Part shown: piece after piece, positions 23,974 through 37,073 of the stretch
Layout of the letters: each line of letters opens with the position of its first letter
How positions within the stretch are numbered: the first letter of the stretch is position 1
From: Guillardia theta CCMP2712
Taxonomy: Eukaryota > Protista > Cryptophyta
NCBI RefSeq assembly: GCF_000315625.1
Contig: NW_005434651.1
Location: forward strand, 703,177 to 767,176
Length of the DNA: 64,000 nt
Direction of reading: 5' to 3'
Program-made: the position numbers and the translations under genes
Notes under the pieces: generated by a model
What the model was told of the DNA's origin: nothing
What the model saw: only the letters and a program-made list of their open reading frames with translations
The model's database searches: none

Positions 23974-26900
23974 ATGAGGTTTTGGTTCTGCGCTACGTTC
24001 TTGCTATGTGCAGCTACCTCGCAGACTATCCTCTGGTCAACATCAGACTACCGGTACCTTCTCTTGCTCGTGCCACCATTGAACCCGCACTGGCTTGACG
24101 CAGCGTTCAGCTCACAATGGCAGGACTGGAGGGTTGCTCTTGATTCGGGCACCCTCGACGTCGTAGTCTATGATGACGCTATCGCGAGCCCCGACAGTCT
24201 GCTGAACAGCAAAGCCACCTGGTGGTACCTGTTCCCGGAGAGCTTCCTTCGGTTGGGCCCCGGTCAGTCCTCTCTCTCCCCTCCTCCTTCCTATCTGTCG
24301 TCTCCCGCCTCTCCCTCTGTCTTCTCCCTCCTTCTCCCCCTCAGTGATGGGACGGTGAAGCTGGAGCTGCAACCTGTGAGAGCAGAGCTATGCGCACCTC
24401 GCAGCTGCTTATCCTCCCCTTCATCCTCCTCTCGCTCCCCTGCCTCCCAACGGAAGTGACAGAAGAGCAGCAGCGACGAACCCGACATGTAACCTGAGCT
24501 CTCTCGTTCCTCTCACTTCGTTCACCGCCTCTCGCAGCATCATCAGCACCCGCTGCGGATCGAAGCTTGGTCTCTTCGGAGCGGTGAAAAGTCTGCCTGC
24601 CTCCCTGCCTCCCTCCCTCCTCCTCCCTCTCTCCTCCTCCCTCTCTCCTCCTCCCTTTTGTCCCTCTTTCTCGACCGACCCTCTCCCATCCAGGTTACCC
24701 CCGGCCGAGTCGTGCGCACTGCGACCTGTCTCAACTTCCTCCCCTCCTCCAAGTGGTTCCTCATCAGCAAGAGGAACTCCGGATACCTCAAGCTCCGTCC
24801 GGCCTCCGAGCAAGATCTCGTCGGAGCTCTCTGGCACATTGCTGGTAGACTCGAGAGCTTCTCCTGCCTCTCCAGCTCCCTCACGTTCCCTTGCAGGCCT
24901 TCAGCTGAGAGGGAAGTACTACCGAGGGGAGGAGAGGACCCGCCTCTCTCAAGTGTCCTTGCAGCTTCTACCGGGCAGCAGGACCACAGCTGGAGGGGAG
25001 ATCTTTGGATGCTGCAGGAATGGGACGTCGAGGCTCTGCTCCCGGGCTGCTGGAGAGTCAGTCTGCAAGGGGGAGGGAGGAAACGGTCAGGCAGCGACGG
25101 GGAATGTTGACAGGAGAGACTGGGACGACGGGCGATGGCCCAAGGAGGGGGCGGTATCGTGCCCGACAGTCTCATCGTGGCAGCCGAGAATCTCGAGCTT
25201 CTGGCCCAGGAGGGGCCGAGCTGGAGGGGGAGGGACCCTAACAGTCTACGGGGAGAACTTCGGTCTGTACGGCAGCCGCCCTCTGATCCGGGTGGGGCAG
25301 GAGGAAGCCAAGTGCGGGTACCCTCTGTCGCAGTGGACGGCAGGGAGCGCGCCCTCTGACCCGATGCTCCTCCCCTCGCACTGCAGGGACGGGCTGCTCA
25401 ACGGGGGAGAGGATAAGGTAGACTGCGGAGGGGCCGACTGCCAGCCCTGTCAGCTCATGCAGCTCAACGAGCACTGTAGCGATGGGGTCCAGAACTTCGA
25501 CGAGACTAAGGTGGATGAGGGAGGAAGGGACTGTCTGCCCGAGCATTGCTTCACAGCTGCTGTCGGGGACGAGACGGGAAACAACTGCGGAGGGTCCTGT
25601 CAGGTACGTCCAGCTCTTGCCTTGCTCGATTCCAGCTGAAGTCCCTGTCCCTCCCTCCCTCCCTCCCTCCCTCTGCTGTTTTCCAGCCGTGCAACCCAGC
25701 CAGGCAGGATGTCTCCCCGCAAACTTCAGTCCTCCTTTGCAGCATCCCACCAGGCACGATGGCTCGAGAGCCCCTCCAGGTCGCCATCCCGCAGGGCGAA
25801 GTCGGACACGTCATGCACACCTCCTGCGCCTCCTATCTCTCAGCTGGGGACCTCCTTCAGTACGGCAGCGTGGAGATGAAGTGGTCCAGCTTCTTGAAGC
25901 CCTTGACCGACACCTCCCAGCTGCAGGCCAGCTCGCTGGCCGTTGACACCGTCACGGGGGCGATCTTCGTCTCCGGCTCCCTGCTCGGCTCGATGGCCAC
26001 AGGGACCACGAGGGGGGTCAGCTCGTTCCAGCTGGGGGAGGTCAGGGAGGCAGCTGGGGGGAGGAGCTGCTCTGCGGCTCTTCTACCGGGGGTTGTCGGG
26101 AGTTTTCTCGCTCGTTTCGAAGCCTCCGGCAGCTGCTCGTGGCTGACAACAGCCGAGCCCTTCACGTGCGTCTTCTCCGGTGACTGCACAGATGGAAGGT
26201 AGAGCTGCTGCTGCTGCTGCCCTCCTCCTCTTCTTGCTTCTACTTCTTCCTGTCCTTCCTGCTCTCCCTGCATCTGCTGCGGCTGCGGCTTCTTCTTGCT
26301 CCTGCTCTACACGCCCTTCTCGCATACCCAAAATTCATCCTCCTGTTCCTCCTTCGCTTTCTCCTCCTCCCCCTCCCCCTCCTGCTCTGTCTTCCTCTCC
26401 CCTCTTCCCCTCCTCACTGTCACCTCAGGCTGCAAGACGGAGGGAGTCTCAGCCTTGACGACCTTGTCCTCTACTCGACGCCGAGCGGGAGGAGGAGGCT
26501 CATCCTCTCCGGCGTCTTCGCCAAGTCTCCCGCCATCCTCTACAACGTCGACCCCGTCACAGGGCTCAGCATGAAGCAGTCAACAGCCCCTTCCTGCCCT
26601 TCACCCGTCTACAGGGTGGCTGACCCGAACTCCCGCCCCTCCTGCTCCTCCATGCGCATCGATCGGAGCTTCCCTTCCTCCAGCGGCTTCATCGCGGTCT
26701 TCACGGACACCGGCATCCTCGAGCTGCTCGTCCAGGGCGTCGCCTCCTCCTCCTCCTCTTCGGCAGCTCTTCCTTCCCCCCTGATGCTGACGCTCTCCCC
26801 CGCTAACGTCATGCAGCCTCCTCCTCCCCTCGTCTCCTCCTTTCCTCAAGGAACCGTCGGATCCCTCCTCTACTTCGCTGGTACCCTCAGCGTTCGCGCG

Positions 26901-28335
26901 AGCTCGACTCTGGTCAACATCTCCTTTCCCCAGCTCAACTTTCAGTCCTCCCAGTCCTTCGCGGCAGCCGTCGCCTCCCTCCTGCCCTCCTCCGACTCTT
27001 CCGTTGGCTTCGTGGGAAAGGCCTTCTTCACCGAGTCCTCCTTCCTCCTCCTGTGGGTTCGCTTCCTCTCAGATCTTGGCGCGCAGTCAGGCGTCAACCG
27101 CGTCAAGTCGTTCTCTGCCTCTTCCTCCTTCCTCGTCCTCTCCGCCACCTTCGGCCCTCCACCCTCCTCTTCCGTCAAGACTGTCAGTGTAGAGAGCTGC
27201 CAAGGAGGGATACCCGGCATGAGCGTGTTCTGTGCAGGAGGAGGAGGAGGAGGAGGAGGAGGAGGTCAGCTTCTTAGCTTTTCTCTGGCGGAGAGCTTCA
27301 CCTACGATGGACCGGCAGGAGGATACAACAGCCTGGTGATCTGCTTCAACGAGGACGGCAGCATTGCCTGGAGCAAACGGCTGAGTCAGATGATCGTGAT
27401 TTCCTCCTCCTCCATCTTCGAGGGCGTTCGCTTCCTCCGCAACCGCCCGGAGTTCACCAGCGACGCCTCCTCCGTCCCCTTCTACGCACCGAGCATGGAG
27501 GAGGCGGTCAGGAGGTACGGGGAGGAGGCGATCGACTTCACTGCCGTCACCTTCGTCGTGGTTGCGGGCACCCTGGGATCGAGCGGGAGCAGCGAGCAGA
27601 GCTCGGTCTCAGCTGACTTTGGGGTGACGCGGCAGCCGCTGGGCTGCAGCAGGAGGTTCAAGGTGGGAGAGCAGGGAGGAGCCCCCGCATCAGAACCTTG
27701 CAGCGGCTTCCTGCGGCCGCAGGGGACGGGGTCGGACTCGTTCCTGGTCAAGTACGAGGTCTCGTCGGGGCTGCCGGAGTGGGTGAAGCTGGTTGGGAGT
27801 GCGAATCAGCGGGAGGAGGTGACGACGGTGAAGGTGAAGGAGGAGGACGGGAGCATCGTAGCTGCGGGAACCATGGTCACTCCGTTCCTCTCCTTCTCCC
27901 CTGGTGTTGCTCTGGATGTGTTCGGGATGGTGAGGAGCGGGAGGCCCAACGCTGCAGGATGCAACGCGGTGTATGGGAACGCAGCGATCATGAAGGCGGA
28001 CACTGCGAGGTAGGGGAGGAGAGGAGGGAGGGGAGGGAGGGGAGGGAGGGGAGGGAGGGAGGGAGGGAGGGAGGGAGGGAGGNNNNNNNNNNNNNNNNNN
28101 NNNNNNNNNNNNNNNNNNNNNNNNNNNNNNNNNNNNNNNNNNNNNNNNNNNNNNNNNNNNNNNNNNNNNNNNNNNNNNNNNNAAGGAGAGGAAGGAAGGG
28201 AATGGTTGAAGGACTTGGAAGGGAGAAGATGCAGGTAGCGGGGACAGTGGAAGGGGAGACGGAAGGATGTGGATTGGTGGTTGATGAGGAGAGGAGAATG
28301 CGAGAAGTGAAATGCTGCGGCGTGCGGCTGCGGCA

Positions 28336-28406
<71 letters not shown>

Positions 28407-29595
28407 TGATGATGATGATTTATGATGATGATGAGGAGTAGGGAGAGGAGTTTCACAGACAACCTGACGTTTTCGTGACCTCGTCGACAGAGTGATGGGC
28501 TGGGAGCTAATCAACTTTCTCAACAACCTCGTCGACATCCCCGCACGCTTTCTCTCCCCAGGCGCCTCCTCCTGCCTCCTCGTCCCTCAGGCCCCCAGCA
28601 GGAGTGTAGGTGAAGACTGCAGACTTTCTTGCCCCTCCTCTGACGTCTTCTGCGTTTCTCTTTCCTTCCTTTCTCTCCCTCGCTCCCTCGCTCCTCTCCT
28701 CTGCCCTCCCTGTCATACCCTCTTCCTCCCACCTCGAAGGATTTCTCCTCAAGGTGAGAAGCTTGTTTGATCTGCGACCGAAAGTCTCAAGTCTGTCAGA
28801 TCGTCGACGGCCTTCGACCTGTCGTTGTCAGCAATCAAGGTGCCTTCTCCTCCCCTGCCGTCTGCCTCTCTGCCTCTGCCTTCCTACCACCACCTCCCGC
28901 TCTCTCCCAAAAATCATTCCCTCCTCTCATTCCCCTCCCTCCCTCCCTCCCTCCCTCCCTCCCTCCCTCCCTCCCACTTATCTCCTTTCCTCCCCCTCGT
29001 CTCCTCCCCCCTCGTCTCCTTCCCTCCTCTCACTCCCCCTCTCCTTTCCATTCCCTCTTCCTCCTCGTCCTCTTTCACCGTCTGCACGCAGACGGCATCG
29101 AGTGGGAGGAGTGGATCCCAGCAGAGCACGGGAGCTGGAGCAACTGGAGCCCTCCTAGGACGTGCTCGTGAGTCGATCTTTTCGCTCCCTTCAGATGCTG
29201 AGAAGCAGGCAGGAGGGCGAACTTTCAGGACCAGTGGGAGGTACTGGGTTGCTCTGCTGACGGCCTTGTCTGGGCGAGGTAATTTCCTCCCTCCTCCCTC
29301 CTCCTTCTCCATCCCTCACTTCCCTCCTATCCCCATCGTTTCCCCGTCTTCCTCTCCCCCCTCCTCCTCCCCCCACCCTCTCCCTCTCTCCTCTTCCTCC
29401 TCCTCTCTCCCTCTTGATCTTGTGACAGTCTGAGCAGGACGATAGCTACGGGGAAGAACATTATGAGCCTCCAGGAGGTCCTTCCAGCCTCTTCAAGACC
29501 TTCCTGACCCTCTCCCAGTCGTCCGTCCCCGTCCTGTCCACCAGCAAAGATGACATATGTTGAGCTCTTTCCCCACCCCAATCCCCCTCCCCCAA

Positions 29596-29670
<75 letters not shown>

Positions 29671-29678
29671 CTTGCTCT

Positions 29679-29723
<45 letters not shown>

Positions 29724-30215
29724 TCCTGTTCCTGTTCCGTCGTTTTCTCTCTTCTGTTCCTTCCTTCCCTTTGTTCATTCCCAACTCCTTTCCTCTTCCT
29801 CTCCCCCCTCTCCCTTCCCCCTTCTTCTGGCTCTTGCTCTCTCTTCCTCCTTCTCTTCCTCGTGCCATCGTCCTAACTTCCTCGCAGTCTTCGCCAGTGA
29901 CATCGCGGGCTTTCAGGCCTCGACCGGCGGCTTTCAGCCTGACGACCTTGCGCCTGATGTCAACGGAGGTCAGATCATTCGCTCGTTGCTTCCGTTACTG
30001 ATGCTTCCGTTACCCTCTCATCCTTTCAACTCTAACTAAACCCTGTCATCCTGTTGTTCTCGTCTTTTCTTGTGATTGTTTTCATGGATTTGTTTGCTTC
30101 TTGTTTGCTGCTGTGCCTTGTCCTCCCCCCTGTTGCTCTGATTGAGACGCTCTCAGGGTTCTTTCTCTCCTCCACCTCTCAACTTGCTTCTGTCCTGACG
30201 GTTCTTTCCGAATGA
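23974..30215 (+). CDS. Large secreted/surface protein with IPT/TIG domain, Cys-rich CxDGxxNxxExxVDCGG repeats and beta-propeller-like repeats
   Basis: Signal MRFWFCATFLLCAATS; PRISSFWPRRGRAGGGGTLTVYGENFG (IPT); HCRDGLLNGGEDKVDCGGADCQPC and HCSDGVQNFDETKVDEGGRDC; DSFLVKYEVSSGLPEWVKLVG (propeller blade). Many introns and one gap; some junctions uncertain. Confidence 0.65.
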
Positions 30216-30357
30216 GCTTGGAGATGTACTCTAGACATGAAATATCTACTCTCAACCTGAAATATACATTCTTAACTTGAAATATACACTCTGAATTTGA
30301 AATCTCCCAACCATCCTTCGGGAAAGTCGACTGAAGGCCGTCAGACTTCCTTTGACT

Positions 30358-30418
30358 TCAATGCAACTCAACGCCTTCCCTGTCCGCATTGTGCTCCAGC
30401 AGCACCCGAGCCACCTGA

Positions 30419-30462
<44 letters not shown>

Positions 30463-31546
30463 GCATAATCATCATCGTCGTCGTCGTCATCGTCATCATC
30501 GTCGTCAAAAACATCATCATCATCGTCACCATCGTCATCATCATTATCAATATCGTCATCAAAACATCATCATCATCATCACCACCACCACCACCACCAC
30601 CACCATGATCATCCTTTCACACATCACATCGCTCTCACGTCAAGATTTCCGTAGCTCATCGCTGAGTTCAGCGCCGAGCATCCTTTCTTGTCTGCCGCGT
30701 TCACATTCGCCCTGCTGTCGATCAGCAGACGTGCGACCTCGACCGACCCGAAGATGCAGGACAGCATGAGTGCTGTCTGTCCTGTCGCGTTCTTCCCTTC
30801 CACGTTCGCGTTCCTCGCCACCAGGGTCCTCACCACGCCTCCATGCCCCATCCTCGCCGCCACGTGCAGGGGCGTCCAGCCGTTGGCCTTACACGCGCGG
30901 AGGTTCGCCTTGGCATCCAACAGGCTCTTGACCACCTGCAGCAGGAGCATCTCAGCCCTCCACAGGCTCGCCATGTCGAGCAGCCTCTTCAGCTCACCCC
31001 TTCATCCCCCTGCTTCGCCGCCAGGTACAGCACGCTCTCATCGTAGACCTGAACGTCAACTCGCGCTGAGGCCTCCAGCAGGGCCTCAACTGTCTTCACG
31101 TGCCCGAACTTCGCTGCGAGGACCAGGGAGGTGGTTCCGTTGGCGAGCCCCTGCTCGATGTCCGCCTGCGCCCTGAGCAAGCTCTGCACGACAGTTGCAT
31201 GTCCCCGGTGACTCGCAGCCATGAGCGCGCTCAATCCTGCTCGGTCCACTGCATGGAGTTCAGCTCCACACGCTACCAGCAGGTCAACAGCATCCTTGTC
31301 TCCGTTCCATGCTGCCTGCGGCAGGATGCCTTTGCCCTTTGCCGACCGGAGGAACTGTTCCACACGAAGCCTTCCTCCCTTCCTTGCTGCCGCCACCAGC
31401 TCAGGGAAGTCCCGCTCCCGGACGGATCGCAACATGGACGCAACAAACGCCTTCCTCTCCATGTTCTCCGCCGTCTCACGCGCCAGTGCCAGCATGAGCT
31501 CCTCCACTTCTCGTCGCCCTGCCTCGCTGATCTCCTCTTCCTCCAT
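30358..31546 (-). CDS. Ankyrin-repeat protein
   Basis: GLSALMAASHRGH, GTTSLVLAAKFGH, GWTPLHVAARMGH, GQTALMLSCIFGS; last exon VARVLLEHNADREGVELH*. Confidence 0.92.
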
Positions 31547-31961
31547 GTCGCTTTCACCGGTCCCGCTGGTACAACGGTTCAACGGCTAGTCATTCCGAAG
31601 TTCCCTCTCTAGGTTCTGGCCCTGGCACAGTGTCACTGGCAACACCCGGTCCGAGCCTCTCCGGGCCCGACGGACTCCGGGAGAGACCGTGTACGGTCAC
31701 AAACCTTTTACTCAAAGTTAAGTTACCCGTTTGAACGATGACGGCAGCGCCGCGAAGGAGAGGGAGGCCTAAGTTGACTCCTGTTCAACTGGTTCCGAAG
31801 TTCCGACGTCGGGTTTATCAGGTTAATTGTTACTAAGTTGAGTTCAACTACCGTACGTGGCACTCAGTACTGGTGGCCCAGCGGCCCGCGTGGCAGAGCT
31901 GACTCAGAACGGTGACTGACTCAGTCATGAGGCTGATCATGAGTGCTCATGATTACCTGAC

Positions 31962-32064
31962 TCTTTACTCAAAGGCAAGTTAAGTTAAAGATCAGTACGA
32001 GGACAATCAGGAGAGTCGAGGATTACCCCGGTGAGTTCTGATTTAAGTTAACTTTGAGTAAAGA
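31962..32064. mobile_element. ~100-bp MITE-like element with 13-bp terminal inverted repeats
   Basis: TCTTTACTCAAAG (31962-31974) and CTTTGAGTAAAGA (32052-32064) are perfect inverted repeats; the interior is homologous to 15455-15503. No TSD confidently identified. Confidence 0.4.
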
Positions 32065-33137
32065 TCAAAAAAGTTGGAGCCTTCAAGGGCCAAGGGGGTA
32101 AACTGAGGGGCCCCGGGGAGATACCCCGGAGATACAGGGTCAGCTCGTGTAAATGTCTTTACTACTGCCCCCCCCGGTAAAGCACGACACAGGAGCAAAA
32201 GTGGATCGCCGCAATTCCGCCCCTTTGACTCAGTGGACAGCCTAGCAGGGTACCGGGTACTGAGGTGCTGGGAAGCAGTAGGAGGAGGGGGTAGAGGTCG
32301 CACCCGGCACCCCCCAGCCTAATGGTACGGTCACAAAAGGTCGCCGCTATATGAGGCCTCAAGGAGTCGCTGAATACTGCACCAGATGCGACCCCGTGCC
32401 CCTTCGGCACTGCTGGGCCTCAAACACGGATCTCGGCCCCTGTAGGGGTCAACTTGCAGATTTCTATAAGTGAGATCATATGTTCAGAGCCAATAGGTCA
32501 CTAGTGGCAGTCAGGTCCACTGGGACGTGCCAGCCAGTCTGGCGATTGAAACTCCGACGGTGCCGAGGCCAACTACACTTTTAAAAATCGCTCATATCTC
32601 AGGATGTGAGCGGTACTGCATCATTTTAAAAGTGATATTGTTTTTTTCAATTTGTACCAATGTCGGCTATATATATTTTCATGGTACAGAAGCTGTCTGG
32701 TACGCATTCCCTTCTCGTCCTTCGATCGGTCGTGCCACGTATCACAAACAGGCTGCGCTATGGACCCTTCACCCCCTCCGGACCACCCCCTCCTCCAACC
32801 ACCCCCCATGAAATCGAGGCCCTCTTACTATACCACCCACCCTCGAAAGAGAATTCCTGGCAAGGAGATTCAACGAGATTTCTTTTTTTCCCAATTTACA
32901 ATAATAGATAAATGTAATATAAAATACGAACTGTGCCAGCCGCCCCTCATAACTTGGGTCCCGCCCTCCCCTCCAACGCTCCCGTCCCGCCCTCCCGCCC
33001 TCCCGCCCTCTCCTCCTGCGCTATCGTCAGATCTTGCTGTTTCTTCTGAGCGACACCTTCTTGTTCACATCTCAGCCCTTCCTTCGTCCGTGTTGTGCTG
33101 CAAGTTATCCAGTTCCAAAAAGCTCTCTTCAGACATC

Positions 33138-33624
33138 ATGCACGCGTACCAAACCATCCTAACATCGAGGAGGAAGAAAACTGCCCTACTCACGGCAGAT
33201 TTCATTCAAAGTCTCTTCGTTATGCGGCAGCAAGATGCTGCCGACATGCTGGTGAGTCTCCGGGCGAGCGAATGAACTTGAGCTTCTGACGTTGCTTTCA
33301 TAGGGCTTCTCTATCACAACCATGAAACACGTCTGCCGACGCCTTGGAATCCGCAAGTGGCCATACTCACGTACCCGAACAAGTCCATCACAGCTCCTTG
33401 AGGATCGCGAGAGCGCGTCTGTAGATAGTTTGGCTGAGTCGCCCACCCTGTCCTCTGCAGAAGAGCAGATCTGTTCACCAGTTCAGAGCATAGACATTTC
33501 GAGCCATCTACAGCCGTGGGATGAAGCGCTGAAGGAATCGATGATGATGGAGGGCCATGAAAAATGGAGTGCAGAGATGGGGGAGTTGTTCAGAGATGCT
33601 CTAGAGCATGTTGACATGGTCTGA
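33138..33624 (+). CDS. RWP-RK domain transcription factor
   Basis: LTADFIQSLFVMRQQDAADML|GFSITTMKHVCRRLGIRKWPYSR with a ~52-nt GT-AG intron (33252-33303). Confidence 0.9.
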
Positions 33625-34309
33625 ACGCGAAAGCGCCATAGCTACCCTGATCAAACCACCAACCACATCAGACAAACAATGTCAGTGTTGAAAGTTAGCT
33701 TTACTTGCTTGTAATTATTGTTTCGATTGCCATACTCTTGGGGATACTAATAAAAACGACAAACTGATCTAGTTTGAAGGTCAACGATCACCATCCACAA
33801 CGAGGGATGCAGGGAGTTTCCGTGCACTTGAGCTTCGTTAGAAGTTATGTGCTCCTGCATTTCTGCAGTGATCCAGGCAGTATACACAGATCGACGACTC
33901 ACCATGATAGATTGAACAATTACATGCAAGTGAGAATGAGTCGCTTTACTCAAGATTGGAATGTCGCAATTGCGACAGCGGTTTCCGAGAGAAGCACAGT
34001 CCGAGTCGAGCGTATTTGTGGGGCTGGTGTTTGCCACATGTGCTCTGAGATGAAGTTGCTACCTGGCACTTCACTGATGTCCGAGCTTTCAGACGTTATT
34101 CAACGCCCATCTTGTCAATCAGATCGGTCATTGACACTCCGGACCAGCAGCAGTTGATTTTGCCACAGCCCACTTGATGGAGAACAAAATTCTAATGAAA
34201 TCAACAAAAACAATGCAACCTAGGGGAAGTATCGAAAGCTTCGCTAGATAAAATCTAGTTATGTGTCAGCTCGTCATGTTACAATCGAGGTCTGGACGGC
34301 GGCGAGTCC

Positions 34310-35887
34310 TCAAGCATCGTTGGAGTCCAGCAGTGAGTGCATAGCGAAGTTGGGTGTGCTTGTCTGGACAGCACTGGTGAAGCATCGGAGCCGTCAGATT
34401 CACGGATGTGCCAGTAGACAGCAAGGTAGCACCTTGACGATGACGGCTGGACCCAAGTTCCCCAGGGGCCCGAGGGATGGCTGGGGTCCATTAGCGCCTC
34501 CGCCTCAGACTCGCCTCCTGGCCATGGCCGGCAGGTCAGGCATGCCGGGAGGCGGCGGATACACTTCACCTGTCATGCTCTCCTTCAAGCTTCCAACAAA
34601 GTTCCCAGCCTTCTGAACGCCAGCTGTCAGCAAACCATGGACGCAATGGCTATCCTCGCACCTGATCCTTCTTGCCCTGGGAGTGGGAGGGTGCCGGGAA
34701 GCCGAGGTCAACTGCGCCGGAGGAGGAGTGCTGGCGTTGTCAATCTGTCAGTTCGGAAGGATGCCGAGACATCAAATGTCACTTTGGCTGAGTTTCGCCT
34801 CTGGCCCGATGCAGTCAAGGCAGGGAGGCCCAGGTCAACCGCGGCGCTGGTCGATCCTGATGGCTGCTGACGCCATCAACGTCAGCGTCTCAGGGAGGAT
34901 TCGCTGACGAAGAGAACCTTCCTTGCCCCCTTGGAGTTGGAGAGATGCGGTAGCCCGAGATCGATGTCGTGACCTGTGTCGTGTCTGTTCGATTTCTGTC
35001 TCCCCATCACTTTCCTTGGAAGCAACCTGCACTTCTTACCTTGGCCTTCGATCCAGGATCGACCCACACGCCCCAAGGGCCTGAGGGATGCGATGGGTCC
35101 TCTAGTGCCTCAGCATACGAATCTTCGTTGAGATCCTTCACCGAGAACAGTTGCTGCTTTGTAACCTAGTAAAGCAGTCATAGAAGGAGCGCAAGAAAAC
35201 ATGGGAGTTGGTGCTGTGAAAACATGGGAGTTTAGAGGCAAGCAGTGTTATCGTGATGCAGGAAAGCGCCAAAAAGATAGCTGTTCTCTACCGGATCATT
35301 CTTTGCTGGCTTGGATTTCAACGAGGCTGACGGTTTGGAATCTTTGAAGTAGTACATGGAAGGAGGATAGTAAGAGAACGTGTCCATCACGTCAGCAACA
35401 GGGTCGAAGCGTGAATATCTAGCCTCCTCAGGCATGTAGTAGCCATGCGTCGCCAGCCATAGCTCTCTCTGTCTCCTCCATGAGCTCCTCTGCCTCTCCA
35501 GGATGTAGGCATACAGATCCCTCTCTGCACGCTTCTCCTCCACCTTGCGCCTGTACTGCTCCTGGGCCCATCCCTGCTGCAGCGCATAAGGCAAGAGCGA
35601 CCTGGCATACTCCCTCTGCACGCTGTAACTGTCAGGATAGATCGGAGTCATCCCGTCTTCCCACAGGGGATACGGCTGCACGAGATAAAGTAAGCTCCCC
35701 TCATCCTCCTCCTCCATCTCATCACCTCGCCGTAGTACTGTGGCCGGTATCCATACCCTCTAGGCGACCAAAGGCGCTCACCCAGGACAGTCTCTCTTCC
35801 TCTCCAGCTGAATGCCACCAACATGCCCAGCACTAGCGCCGCTCCTCCCCCAACTGCCGCCGCCATCCCAGCCCGGGCCCTCGCCAT
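34310..35887 (-). CDS. Type-II anchored/secreted multi-exon protein with internal repeats (DPSHPSGPWGxWVxP x2, DLG[LF]P x3) and a QQL motif
   Basis: MARARAGMAAAVGGGAALVLGMLVAFSW leader. Exons 35887-35726, 35675-35292, 35165-35040 and about six more short exons ending ...AVQTSTPNFAMHSLLDSNDA* (stop 34310-34312). The repeats appear only in the spliced frame. Confidence 0.6.
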
Positions 35888-37073
35888 GTCCAAGAGCCGT
35901 CTACTGGTCATCCATCTCCTGCGGACTTCAACGGTTTTATTCTGAGGGGAACTTGTTTTCCCCTCCTCGTCAGGCCTCATTGGAGAAGGGGTAGGGGTAA
36001 CAATCATAGGGGTACTGAGCAAAGATATAAGTTTGGGCGCAATTCCTAGGGGGTATTTACTACAAAATACCTTCAGAAAATGGTGGGTACTTGTCAGATC
36101 GATTATATTGAGTGGGTAGGGGTACTTTTTTGTGGGTCCATTTTCCACGGGGGTTGATGTTGTAAAGGAATGGAGCCATATAAAGGGGGTGGTGAGGTAT
36201 GAGGGGGTAGGGGTAGTACTTTCACCCCGTCAACAAGCACTTTATGTAAAAGTTGGGGTACAGGATTGTCAATTACGAAAAGTACCGGGTCATCTAAGGG
36301 AAGAATACTGATGTAAGAAGGGGTATAGTATTTTTGTGGGGGGCGTTTCTGTTTACAAGGGGTTGAAAGCTGTCGGCTAGGGGGTGGGTGCTGCAAACAG
36401 TGCGTCATGAAAGGGGTCACAGCGAATGCCGGGGGGGAAATGGCTGAAGGGTGGAAAGGCGAGGGGAAGGGAAGGACAAGAAGGAAGATGATGGAAACGT
36501 GAGAGAGGATAACGGGAAAATGAATGAAGAGGAGGAAGGATGCATTGTTTGAAATGGGAAGGAGAGAAAGAAGTTTGTATGTGCATGAGGTAGGGGTTGA
36601 CAAGGAGCAAGTATTTGAGGAACGGGCCATGGGTTGTAAAGGACGGAGGAGATGAGATATTGAGGAAGGAGATAGATTCTTGAACAAAAAGTGTAAGATC
36701 CCCTTTCTCATCAACCTGGGAAACTCAAGCCTGAGCTGGTAGTTATTTGATGTGGGAACTCCCAAAGCAAATCAACGCATGGTGGGAAAATTCTACCTGT
36801 AGTCGAAGAAAAGGAAAAAGAGCATATTTTCAAGGCATTGATCTGAGAGAATTCAGAGCTGGACCGACTCATTTGTATGTTTGCAATACACGAAATTGAA
36901 ATAGTTGTAATTTCTACCATGTGACGTATAGCTGTTCCACGGAAAGAAAGCAAAGATGATCTACAATCGTTTTCTTGCTTGTTTGATTGTTATTAACCTC
37001 TTTGCAGGCTGGCAACGACGGGCTAGGACGAGGTCTGAATGAGGAGAAGGTTGCTGCGGGACAAGCGGCGGCG

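Noticed and set aside
33747-34200. Possible small gene between the RWP-RK and QQL genes
   Set aside because: I could not build a consistent spliced frame or find a motif.
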